A stretch of 63,416 nt of DNA, filler included, from Chrysochromulina tobinii (GCA_001275005.1; 5 parts of 5 records of this genome joined end to end with filler, not necessarily neighbours in it); one strand, 5' to 3'; shown: positions 32,918-44,305, counted from the whole stretch's first letter. The notes: generated by a model from the sequence alone, not told the origin. Numbers and translations are program-made.

Positions 32918-34034
32918 TCACCACTTGTGCTCATACAGCTCTCGATATGGCGTGGGCAGGTAAGGCGAATCACGGCCGGGTGGCACCGTGTACATGCTCA
33001 GCTCGCAGTCGCCATATTGCCACGCCGGTTCGCGGCCGTCGTTGCCATCTGTGCCCCAGTCCTCGAGATCGCTGAGGAGCAGCCGCAGCCTTCCGCCAGG
33101 TCGCAGCGCCGTCTCGGGCAGCATGGCGCCCTTGTCGGGCAGCGGCGCGATCAGGAAGCAGAAGCCCTGCCCGAGCGAAGTGCGACTGAGCGCATCGGGC
33201 AAGTTGTCGAGCGCCGCGAAGGCCTCGTCAAGTGCATCGAGCACCTGTGGGGAAGGTATGGCGCCGTGGTGAGCACTTGCATGCGAGGTCCTCGTCGGGC
33301 GCCGCGAGCACCTGTTGATGATCCATGCACTGCTCCCACTGGCCAAAACGCTCCCACGTCCTCCCACTCGCCTTCGAAGCGGCCGTGCCTCCCGCAGCCT
33401 CGGGCGCCGCCGCCGCCGTTGGCGCAGCCGTCGCGTCGCCCTCAGCCAGTGTCGGCGCGATCACAAAGGACGAGAGGCGCAAGTTATCGGCGGGCGACTC
33501 GCCATAGTGCAGCCATGTCTTGGCGAGTGGCACCGAGAAGATGCCGCGATTGCGCCACCGCTTGCCGGCCGCATCGAGGTACGTATCGATCGTCGGGAAG
33601 ATGTAGCGCGGTTCGCCGTTACGCAGCACCAGCCCAATCGCCATACGAGCGCATGGCACCGGCAGGTCCGCAGGAAGCCAGAGCTGTTCAAAGGATGATG
33701 GAGGAACGAAACTGGCGCCCGAGGTCCAGTCGACGTCGGCTGCAGGCGTCGGTATGCGGGAGACAGGCACACGGGAAGTGCTTCCTTTGCCGTTCACAAC
33801 CCAAATCGGCCACGAGCTGCACGCCTCCAGCGGAAGGGTCTGCGCCTGGAAGGGCAGTGGAATTGATCGCGCAACATCGTCGAGCTGCTCCACACGCACG
33901 TTGCCGGCGCAGATTGAAATCCGGTCGACGAACCTGTCTGGCACAGGCGTATTCCAGCTCGTCGTTTGCAGCGCGGCCGACCCGTGAGCGGCGAGGCAGA
34001 CCACTACGAGCCGACCTCGCCAAGCATTCAGCAT
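32918..34034 (-). CDS. Uncharacterised protein with N-terminal signal peptide (possibly plastid-targeted), at least 2 exons
   Basis: Exons 34034-33312 and 33244-32918 join in phase 0 (HQQ|VLDAL); hydrophobic leader LVVVCLAAHGSAA. Confidence 0.7.
33245..33311 (-). other. Minimal 67-nt intron: decayed downstream-exon copy plus the 3' module
   Basis: First 29 nt match the next exon start at 22/29, followed by GCATGCAAGTGCTCACCACGGCGCCATACCTTCCCCACAG. Confidence 0.85.
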
Positions 34035-34127
34035 GTGGATTCATTCACAACACACCAACACGCACAGACCAAACTCAAACCAAGCGTGAAGGTCGAACAC
34101 CTCGCACACGTCACAGCCGCTTCATTC

Positions 34128-34227
34128 NNNNNNNNNNNNNNNNNNNNNNNNNNNNNNNNNNNNNNNNNNNNTTAATTAATTAANNNNNNNNNNNNNNNNN
34201 NNNNNNNNNNNNNNNNNNNNNNNNNNN
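34128..34227. other. Artificial contig linker
   Basis: N44-TTAATTAATTAA-N44. Confidence 0.97.
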
Positions 34228-34536
34228 GACTGCGACGACTGCGGCCCCGGCTCAGAGTTCCGACCGGCCCCGGGCCGACGGCACGTGGACCATCGTCACA
34301 TGTGGATTTGTGATACTAGTATGGTCCATCATGTCCTGTACATGTGTCATGTCTGAGTCTAGAGAACTAAAGTGTCTAAAGTGCGGTGTCTAAAGTAAGA
34401 AACGAGAAACGACAAACGGGGGTGGGGAAGCCGGCGGTAGCACTCTAAACATTTTTTGCGGACGCCGCACGACACACAATCGCGTCTTGCAGCTTGTCGA
34501 CGAATGCCTCCAGCGAGTTGCGGGACGAATTGTGGC

Positions 34537-35049
34537 ATGAAGGTGACCATCAAAAACTGGCACGCGGTTGCGAGCTGGACGTGGACTACGGAGGACGATG
34601 TCTGCGGCATCTGCCGTGCGTGGCTCAGCTCTCTGCCCGTCCTTTCCGAAAGCTTTGTACCTCGTTCCCGCGCTCCCTTACGTGCATCTCGTTGTGCACT
34701 CTCGCAGATATGCCACTCGACGGGTGTGCGCCCGGTGCGGCGGGTCCAGGAGACGACTCGCCTGTCGTTTGGGGCAGGGTGCGCTCTTTCTCTCCTCTCG
34801 CACACGACACCTTGCCCGCCGTTGCTCCGTGCCACTCACAGGGGCTGCTTTGCTGTGCTCACGCAGTGTTCGCACTACTTCCACCTGATGTGCATCACGA
34901 CATGGCTGCACAACAAAAACACATGCCCAATCTGCCGCCGAAAGTGGGAGTTTGCATCTGCACCCAAGCCGGCCCCGGCGACGCCTGGGACCCGGCGGCA
35001 TGGCGAGGGATTTGCAGTAGCAGAAGCGGCCGCACCCGTCGAAGACTGA
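34537..35049 (+). CDS. APC11: Anaphase-promoting complex subunit 11 (RING-H2), 3 exons, 110 aa
   Basis: Exons 34537-34615, 34708-34778, 34867-35049 give MKVTIKNWHAVASWTW...CGICHMPLDGC...PGDDSPVVWGRCSHYFHLMCITTWL...CPICRRKWEF. Confidence 0.92.
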   Translation: MKVTIKNWHAVASWTWTTEDDVCGICRAWLSSLPVLSESFVPRSRAPLRASRCALSQICHSTGVRPVRRVQETTRLSFGAGCALSLLSHTTPCPPLLRATHRGCFAVLTQCSHYFHLMCITTWLHNKNTCPICRRKWEFASAPKPAPATPGTRRHGEGFAVAEAAAPVED

Positions 35050-35397
35050 GTTTCATGGGGCGCGGCCTCTCTGCAGGACCTCTGTCGGGTGTCGCTCTCA
35101 TGTCGTCGGCGCGCGCGGGTGAGCGGTGTCGAGACAGCCCGATGCGACGGTCTCATTATATAATTAGCCGGCCCTATGCGGGGTACCCCGGGACATGTGA
35201 CACGACATCGCGTGTATGCTGTATCCGGGGCGACCGTCCAGGCTCCCCGGGGCGGCGTGGACCGCGGTACCCGGCTACCCCAAAAGCTCGCTAGTCGCGT
35301 AATAACCAGAAGAGTGTATAAAGCCCCATCTTTAAAATATGAAGCAGGCTGAAGAGCCTCTGATGAGAAGCTCAGCTACATCGAATGCTGTGGCACT

Positions 35398-35874
35398 TTA
35401 AGTATCAACCACTCTGGCGCGCTGCGCTTCCCTACGTTCATGAATGCCATCGTGCCTATAGACTGCACTATCGGGCGAAAGAGCAGACACATCCTGTTGC
35501 TCCTGCGACTTTTGTCGATGCGGCTCCCGCGCGTGAGACGGCGTTTTGAGCTGCACCAAGTTGATCGTCGAGAAGGCTGCAGGTGCCATCAGAGGATGTT
35601 CGCTGGCGAACGCCGAGTCGGAGAGAAAGAGCGCGGTGTCGGAGAACATGCTGTGTTGGCTGACTGCACGGCGCGCGATGGTGCCCGTGTGTCCCACGGT
35701 GAAGATAATCGCCATCAGCATGCCCGCCACAAGTGCGCATGGCACAGCAGTTTGCATTGCTCGATATCGAGCAAGCCTCCGATTGCCACCCCGTGGTTGC
35801 TCCTCTCTGGGAAGCAGGCTCATTTCCTCGTCCGCATTTGAGGTACGGCGCGCTGGTGAACCCCAGGACTGCAT
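35398..35874 (-). CDS. Uncharacterised small membrane protein (start uncertain)
   Basis: Part of ORF 35398-36030 with hydrophobic AVPCALVAGMLMAIIFTVG. Confidence 0.4.
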   Translation of the reverse strand: MQSWGSPARRTSNADEEMSLLPREEQPRGGNRRLARYRAMQTAVPCALVAGMLMAIIFTVGHTGTIARRAVSQHSMFSDTALFLSDSAFASEHPLMAPAAFSTINLVQLKTPSHAREPHRQKSQEQQDVSALSPDSAVYRHDGIHERREAQRARVVDT

Positions 35875-36300
35875 TTGAGATACGGACGGCTTGCTGCTGC
35901 TGCTCAGCACAACGCGCACACGCTCCGGACCCCAAGCACGAGGGCCTCTGGCGCTATGGACGGAGGTGTGGCCGGCTTTGGCGTCTGTTCGATCGCTCAA
36001 GACCGCCCTGCACCTGTGACCCTCTCCCAAAAAAGGAGCAATTTTGTCGGGTGTGAAGACTTTCTTACAAGTTAGACTGTCACGTTAACATGTTGCAAAC
36101 TTGAATGTGCTCATAAAGGTTTTGCTTGCGGACTCCAGCGATGTTTTGTGTTTATGATGGTGGTGGTGAAAAAGGTTCTCTCGGCGATAGAGGCAGCGCG
36201 ACAGGTCTGGGCAGACGCACAGGCCGACGCAGCTGCGACCGGCCAGCGGACACAGTTGCGACCCACAAAGCGCACCAAACCGCAAGCTTACGCAGACCGT

Positions 36301-37777
36301 ATGTCAGAAGAGCCTAACTCTGCATGGACCACCTTGTGGCCGCTGCTGCTCGTGGCACTCCTCACTGTCGTGGCGTTCCGCCGCTGGAAGAAGGCTCAGC
36401 GGCCCGCGCAATCCTTTGGCGCAGCGACACGCTCATTCGAGCGGAAATCTCCGCTGCACTGGGTGCTGCCAGCATTCCGGTCGGCCAAGGGCTCGCAACT
36501 CATCTACCATCCAGCATTCGGCTCCACCGAGCGCCGCGTCCTGGACTTCAACCAGAATGCTGGCTGCGCCATCTTTGGCCATTACCCGCCGGCTGCCCTC
36601 GAGGCACTCGGTGCGCTTGTCGAAGCCGGTGCGCCACTGCGGCTGCCGCTTGCACGTATCGCTGCCGAGGACGAGCTGCGCGCTCTGCTGCTTCGGCTTG
36701 CGGCGCCTGTGCTGAGCGACGGCGCTGCAGGCTTGGACAACCCACTGCCGGATTACGAGTGCGTGCTCGGCCTTCGCACGGGCGCGGAGGCCATTGACTT
36801 GGCGTTGTCTCTCGCTCTCATGTCGCCTCGGCCGGGCGGCGCGCTACTAAGCAGCGCGCAAGGCGCGACGGCCGTCGCCTCCATCTCAGCTCAGTCTGCC
36901 ACCGCTTCCGCCACCACGCCGCCGCCGATGCCGCCGCCGATGACGCCACTAATGCTGATCGTGCTTAACGGCTCATTTCACGGCAACGCGACGCGTGCCG
37001 CCTTTTCATCGTCGGCCGTCTTCCGCGCGCACCCTCAGGCGGCCACGCTGTGCGAGTTCGATGCACGCTACCTAACGCCCAACGCCTCCGCACGCGAGAT
37101 CGAGGCCGCGTTCGCTCCGCACGACCGCGGCACCGCGTCATGCGTCGCGATCGTACTCGAGGCCGAGCAGCATTTCGCCAAGTTCTCGTCTCTCAGCGCA
37201 TGCACGGCGCAGGCGCTGTGCGCGGCCGCGACTGCGCGCGGAGTGCCCATCATAGCCGACGAGATCTGGAGTGGCGTCTTCCGTACGGGACATTTTCTAG
37301 GCATCGAGGCCATCGCTCGCAAGGCACGCGAGGCCAGTGATGCCGCCCTCCCGTCAACGGCCAATTCGCCGGCGCCGTCGTCGATCGGGGCGGCCGACGC
37401 CGCACCGCCGACGCCACCGCCGCGTCGGCGGCGGCCCTCTCGATCCGCCGCCGCTGCATCGCTCGATCCGTCCGACGCAGACGAGGGTGGTCTTGCGGAA
37501 GAAGAAGAGGCCTCTTCTTCTTCCGAGCTGACGAAACTCATCCGCCCTGACATCGTTGTGCTGGGCAAGGGGCTCTCGGCGGCCCTCTGCAAGCACGCGG
37601 TGGTGCTCTGCAGCCGCTCACTGCTACCCGTAGAGAGCGTGCCTCCAATGCCCAAGGCCGTCGCTCAGCGTGTCGCGGCCGCCTCGGCCGCCGCCTTCCA
37701 GAAGGCTGATCTACACCTCGCCGCCTTCGCCCAATTGGGTACGCGGGAGCCCGTGCCGTCAGCCGACAGCGGCGACT

Positions 37778-37824
<47 letters not shown>

Positions 37825-40800
37825 CTGCAGGCCGATGGCAAGGGAAAGGCGACGGCTGACCGCATGCCCGCGCCCGAGTACGCGCCGCATCTGCGCCACG
37901 ACTTTGTCGTGCCGCGGCCAGTCGAGCCTTGCGCTCTCTGTTCGAGCTTGGCACTTGCATGCTTACGCACCGTCGACCCGCGCCGCACGTTGGCGCGCGC
38001 AGCAGAGGTGGCGGCGATCATGGAGCTCCATGGGGCGGCTGCGGCAGCGTGGTTGTTACCGGTTCGTGGACGTGGATTCTCTTACGAGCTCGAGCTGCGG
38101 GCCGTGGCCACCCTTGAATCCGATGGGCTCGCGGCCTTCGTGTGCGCACTCTGCTGGCTGTTCCTGTGGCACCGGGCGGGCGTGCTGCTGCTGCCGCGGC
38201 CTTTGCGCTCACCACGGCGCTTCCACGCCGAGTTGCCGTTACACGTAACCAACGACGAGCTGCGTCAACTCTTCGACGCGCTGCATGCGGCCGCCCTCGT
38301 CGCCGAGCGCCTAAACGCCGTCCTGGCGCCCATACGATGGCTGCTCGCGCTGGCTGCCGCTCTCGGCCAGTGGCGGCTGCGCAGGCGCGCGAGACGTGCC
38401 GGTGGCGCGCGCGCGGCGGCGGCGGCGGCGGCGGCGGCCATTCCGTCAAGGCTGGGGGGCGTTGGCAGGCCGGTGACGGGCGACCGCAGCCCGCGCTGCG
38501 CTATGAACCTTCTCGACGCGCTGCCGAATGGCGGTCCACCCGACGCGCGTGCGCCGTGGCCACCAACGGTCGCGTCAGATTTGAGTCTCAACGTGGACGG
38601 CGCGCGCCCCGCGCGGCTCGACCGGTGGCGCGAGGTGGAGGTGGCCCACAGGCGGCTGCTCGAGGCACGGGGCCTCCTGTCCGCCTATGCACGCGCCGCC
38701 GCGGAGCTCCTGATGATGGAGGCGTCACCATCGCATCGCCTGGAGGCCCCGCCGCTGCTCTCCGCCCCCGTGAAGGACCAGTGGTCTGTTTCCATCCACG
38801 AGAAGATCATACGCTTCCATCCGCGAGATGCGTCTGCATGGGTGGTCGACTGCTGTGCGGACCGTTCAACTTCGGTGCTCGGGCATCATCACCCGGTGGC
38901 CTTGCAGGCACTGCACACCTTTGTCGAATCTCGTGCACCCGCGATGCCCTTTGGGCTCCTCTTCATGAAACCGGCCGCAAAGGCGCTCGTGCGAGAGCTT
39001 GAGCTCGTCGCCGCCGCGGCCGAAGCCGAGGCGGCCGAACTGCCGCGAACGCCCGATGGCACACCGCTCGCCGCTGCCTCGTCTGAAGCAGGCAGCCTAC
39101 CGGTCGAACCACGCCGATGGACCGCGCGCCTGATGCACAGCGCGGTCGACGCAAACGAGGCGGCCATTCGGCTGTGCCTCATTCGGTGGCAGCTGTGTGG
39201 AGCTTTGGCAGCGGCGCCGGCGCTGACGGCGGCCGAGCCCCCTCTCCCTCTGAGGCCAATGGCCTGGTTTAAGCAGCGGGCGGCCGCAAGGGAGGAGGAG
39301 GAGTCGGCGGCGGCGGCAGAGAGCGAAGCAGCGCTGGCAGCGGCCCAAATCAAGCCGCCGCGGAGCCCCACTGACCCCAAGACCTTCTTGAGCTACGGTC
39401 AGATCCGGGCGCTGCTGCTGGCGGCGGAGGTGCCTGGCACCGAGCTCTTTGGCGCCAGCACTGTCGGCGCCTTGCAACGCATCGCGAGCTTGCGCGCTCT
39501 CGACCTCGACCATCTGGCGCTCGAGCATGCGGACGTGCTCGCGACCTCCGATTCGGAACTGTGCAGGAACCAACCGTCGGGGATGCGCAGCGCGGCAGAA
39601 TGTGAAGGGGACGCAGCTTTGGCGAGGGCGAGGGCTGCCATAGTGGCTGCCGAGGCCGAGGTGGCGTCTCTTGAATCCGCGCGCGCGGCCGCAGAGAAGC
39701 TGAGGGAAGACCACGAGGTTTGGAGGGGAGAGGTGGCGAGCACGGCGGCGAGCGAAACGCACCTGGGGCGCCTCCACTCGGAGATCGCGCATCTCCGCTC
39801 CGAGCTCGAAGAGACGAGCTCCTCCGCACCGCCGACCGCGCCAAGCGCAGCGCCGAGTGCCGCGTCGAGCTCGATTTCGAACCCGAGTCGTGCTAAAGAT
39901 GGGCTGAACCCCAACGCACGCCTTGCCGAGGAGGACGGCGTGTTGCATGGGCCCATGGCAAGCTCGAGCCCGGTGGCGGCAGCGGCGCCCGCCGCCACCG
40001 CGCCCTTCGGCACCGAGGAGCCGGTGGTTCCGGTGGTGCTCGTGGTCGAAGGGGCAGAGCACGGGCAGAGCTGGCTGCTTCGAGGGCTGCCAACGGGCTC
40101 GGTCCACGTGCATGTGCTGCCGGCGAGCGTGTACGAGGACGTCGAGGCACTGCCATGGCTCCTCGAGCACTTCACGACGCCCTCTTGGGCAGCGGGAGCG
40201 GGCGTTGCGGAGGCGGAAGAGGGCGCCGTCTCGAGCAGCTCGTTCTCGCCATCCCCGCTCTACACGCGCACACGCGCACCACCGGCGCGCCGGCGCTGCG
40301 CGGTCGCGGCGTTGCTCATTGAGCCGGTGAGTGGTCAGACGGGCGCTTGCCTCACGCCCTCCGTGGCCACGGCATTGCAGGCCGCGTGCGACGCGTACGG
40401 CGTGCCCATCATCAGCGACGAGACGCGCGCGGCGCTCGGCCGCTGTGGCCCGCTCCTCTGTGGTTTCGCTCTCGGGCTGCACGCGCACGTGGTGACAGTG
40501 GGTGAGGCGCTCGGCGCGGGGTACGCGTCTGTGGCGGCGGTCATGTACGACACGGACGCCTTCGCGGCGGTGCGCGCCTTCCCGAGCACCTCCACGATGG
40601 CCAACGACAACCTGGGCAGCCACATGGGCCTCGCCGTGCTCGCGGAGCTCCAGCGCACAGCCGCCGACGTGAGGCTCGCGGCAGAGCGCTTCGAGAGGGC
40701 TGTGCGGGGGGCGCTCAAGGGAAACCCCGCAGTGCGTGCCGTGCGCGGGCGCGGGCTGCTCCTAGGTGTGACCTTCTCGACGGCGGCCATGGCCAAGCTG

Positions 40801-41454
40801 CGCGTCGTCGCGGCAGAGGGCATCGAGACCGCCGTCGTCGGCGGTGCGCTCGGCGAGCGCGCACCGCCCGCAGCGCTGCTCTTGCATGTCTACCTACTAC
40901 GTGCGCACAGTATGCGATCCCGGCCGAGTGGTGTCGACCCGGCCACGCTGATGGTCGAGCTACCCGCCGTTGCGACTGACGAGTCGATCGCGCGCGTGAG
41001 TGCCGCGCTCAAGTACGTGGCGGACCTGCTGCGCCGCGAGGCCTTTGGCGTCGTGCTCGCGTGCTGGCTCATGCCTTGGCTGGGTGTGCAGTCCAGTACA
41101 CCCACCCGCAACTCGCCGCTCATGCTCAATCAAGCAGTCGAGCCGCTTGGCGGCGATGACGGCGATGATGATGACGAGATGGCGTCGGCTCATGCGAGTG
41201 CACAGCAGGAGGCGGCCGCGAAGCTGCAAGCTGTTGGGAGGGGCAAAGCTGATAGGGCTATGGTTGCTGACATGAAGGACGAGAAGGCGGCGGGAGAGGC
41301 GAGCCTGGCGAGCCTGGCGAGCCTGCGCACAACGTCGATGGCCGTGCAGCAGCCTGGCTGGGAGCAGGGGTCGCCCGGACCGGGCTGGATCGCCTGGACC
41401 AACCCGCGGGGTAGCCCAACAACAGCAGGCTGGGGGGCAGCTTATCGCATGTAG
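36301..41454 (+). CDS. Membrane-anchored protein with two tandem class-III PLP aminotransferase domains
   Basis: TM LWPLLLVALLTVVAF. Domain 1: VLDF..AGCAIFGH, TGAEAID, GSFHG, IADEIWSGVFRTG, PDIVVLGKGLS. Domain 2: VLGHHHP, ANEAAIR, AEHG, LIEPV, ISDETRAALGRCG, VVTVGEALGAG, VRGRGLLLGV. Confidence 0.8.
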
Positions 41455-41851
41455 GACCGCGTTACAACGTCGACATACAACATTGAACATAAAGACGTTC
41501 GGTTAGGATGTGCAACAGACTGCAGTGTGCAGACCGTATGGTGTCTCACGCACCGCCGGTGACCCCCCTCGCCTCGGCGTGCTGGTGCTGGGGTAACTGT
41601 GTGACGCGTCCTGTGTATGCGAAAGCCCGCCCATCTCGTTCGGGTTTGCAAAAGTCAGGCCCTAGGGTGGCGTGCGGGTGTACAACTAGGTCTCGGTCCA
41701 TGGAGGTCACCAGAAGCAAACTTTCCCTGGAATTCCCGTAGCCCAGCCGGACGAAACCGAACCGTGCAGCCCCCGCCCCGGTAGGAAGAGCCTCCAAGTA
41801 GTCCAAGGCTCAACACCCGCGCGCGGCGGCCGGGCCGCTGAGCCCTGTGTA

Positions 41852-44118
41852 CTATCTACTAAGCAGTACCTGCGGCCGAGTTTGCCTTTTGCTGTCGCGA
41901 ACCTCGAAGGCGAGCAGCACAATGGTGCACTCAAGGGTGTGCGGGTAGTCGGCGGGCGGCGGTGAGCCCCACTCGGTGGCACGTTGCATCAGCATCTCGT
42001 CATAATCCGTGGCGCGTGTAGTCCGCAGCTCTACCATCCACTGACCGCACTCCTCAGGCGCGTTCAGCTCCTCCTTGGTGGGCAGCGCCTTTTGCGCGGC
42101 GACGCGGCACACGGCCTCCATGAAGCCTTCAAAGGGCAGCACCGTATTCTTGAAGTGTCCATTGGGTGTTTGGGAGTCCTCGACGACCATTCGGCTCCAG
42201 CTAAAGCAGCGGAGCGAGTCTCGTTCGGAAACGTCGGGCCCGATGAAGTTGAGGTGCTTGAGGCTCGAGAGCCACTCGAGCAACGTGATGGTGGGCACCT
42301 TGTCGTGCACGAGCTTCCCTTTCGAGCCAAAACAAGCCATGAAATCGAAGATGACCCGCAGCTCAGCCTCGCGCCGGCATAGCACAGCACACGAACTCTC
42401 CTGGTAGCAATGGCAGCGACGGAATACATCCGCATCACGCGACACCGAGATGTAACGCGACTCCACGTCGACTGCGAGCAGCCTCTCGACAGCACACGAA
42501 ACATCTTCGATTCTTTCTCTAACCTTGTCGGTCAGCACGTACTTATTGATCGCGATGAGGACGATGCAAACGAAGAATTCGCTCACGCTGAGTGTGTGCT
42601 CTTGATCTGTAACTGGGCGCTTTCTGATCACGGACGAGTTGCTCCCTTCACGTTCGGCCCGCAGCCGCTCCTGCTTCTTGCCCAGAGCATCGGCACGAAG
42701 GAACATCTGATCGAAGTGCGACAGCTGGCATAAGTTGGAGGTCTTGTCGAAGAGCGCGCAGTCTACCACAAATTTGGAGAAGGCGTTCATGCCCACGAGG
42801 TCCAGGCTGCGCGAGAGCGATGCGGACTCCACGAAGACTTCGTGGAGCAACAAACTGTGCTTCCACAGGATCTCGCCCACTTCCTCAACCTCGTCCGGGA
42901 TCCCATCACCATCTTCGTCCTCGATACCATCGTCGTCGCCGTCGTCGTTTTGCATGATGATCTTGACGAGCCCCATGTCCATCGTCCGCTTCCAATCCAT
43001 TGCAAAGCGCTTCGCGCGGATGGCCTCCGTGTCAAAGTAATCGCCGCTCTCTGCCCACTCCAGCCGTGGCTCCCAAATGTTCTTAAGAGGGCGCGGCGCA
43101 TGCGAACGACGCGGATGGGAGGCTTCACCTCCAGTCGTCTCTCTAGTTCTACCGTCGTCTGCTGGGGGCGTTGGCGGTATGTATCGATTGCGGCGCACAT
43201 TGTTGAGCGAGTGCTGGAAGCGCACGTCGGTGACACTCGTGCTGAGCTGCCAGTCACCGTGGTTCCACCCATTGGTCGCATGCGCAAGCCGCTTTGAGCT
43301 CGCCGTGTAGGTGCGGTGCCTCGCATCCCATCGGCTGGCCGCCATCGCAGCTAACGTGTCAGGCGCCTCGTCCTGCAACGGGCGTGGCTTCATCAATGGG
43401 AGCGCGCGCGCGCCTTCATCAGCCGACGCTGCCACACATTCCCAGGTGCGCCGCTGAACCCAAAGTCGCTCCCGTCGGCTCCGCTCCCGCTGCCCCTACC
43501 ACTCGCGCCCAAAAGTGACGTCTGCGTGTTTGACCGATGGGCGCTTGGCATCGCGGCGAGGCCTGCTGACGCCGCCGGCGCCGTGTCTGACTTCGTCCAG
43601 TGCGCTTCCCATGAGCGCTTGCGTCCTTCAAGGCTGACATTGTCCACGTGGCTCTTGTGCTTCCGATGCGTTGACAAAACCGCCGCTTCTAGAACTCCTT
43701 TCGGGTGCCGAACATCATCCAGCATGCTCTCGAGAGCGCGCTCAGATGCGTCGAAGGTCCTCGCAGCGGCCAACACGGACATCACCTCCATGTCTGCATG
43801 CACGCGGGAGAGTATGTCTCCCTTTGACAAATCTGACCATGTTCCACTGCTGTGCACTGTTGGCACGCTGCGAGGAGCCGTGATGGTTGCTGGCAACAGA
43901 CCTTGTTTGGTGATGTACAGGCCCGCGGCGATGTCACGTTTCGTAGGAAGGCCAGCAGTAACGGGCCGCGTGGGTGGCACGGCCCTCGCACGATTCTTGA
44001 TCATGCGCATCTCGTCCTCAACTTGCGCTTCGACGGTGCTCGACGGGACCCGCGCGCCGACGGTGGTCACATCGGATGACGGGGTGGCGCCACGGAGGAC
44101 GTAGTCGTGTTGGCCCAT
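41852..44118 (-). CDS. Uncharacterised protein (degenerate EF-hand-like helical repeats); apparent frameshift at a (GC)n run ~43402-43413
   Basis: ORFs 43393-44259 (ATG at 44118) and 41852-43435 join as LMKARALPLMKPRP if one GC unit is removed; motifs DEDGDGIPDE, LSVSEF, FEGFMEAVCRVA. Confidence 0.6.
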
Positions 44119-44232
44119 AATGTGTTGACCAGGAAATCCAGTTGGTATGGAGGAAACATGAAAGAGAGAGACGAAACCGAAATTTCTCCCTCCCTCCTCA
44201 GAAAAAGTGGCTGCCCGAACGGAGAAAAAGAG

Positions 44233-44305
44233 TACCCCCGGAGAGAATCGAACTCTCAATCTCCTGATCCGTGGTCAGGCGCCTTGTCCATTGGGCCACG
44301 GGGGC
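44233..44305 (-). tRNA. tRNA-Arg (anticodon ACG)
   Basis: 73-nt cloverleaf: acceptor GCCCCCG/CGGGGGT, anticodon arm CCTGA-CCACGGA-TCAGG, T arm GAGAG-TTCGATT-CTCTC, followed by a T5 Pol III terminator. Confidence 0.93.

Noticed and set aside
24550..33311. Group I or II self-splicing introns, or TIR-type introner transposons
   Set aside because: The introns are short GT-AG type, with no conserved ribozyme domains and no terminal inverted repeats visible.
32603..34183. 526-aa plus-strand ORF and many similar overlapping ORFs
   Set aside because: Shadow ORFs of GC-rich genes on the other strand; Arg/Ala/Pro-rich with no motifs.
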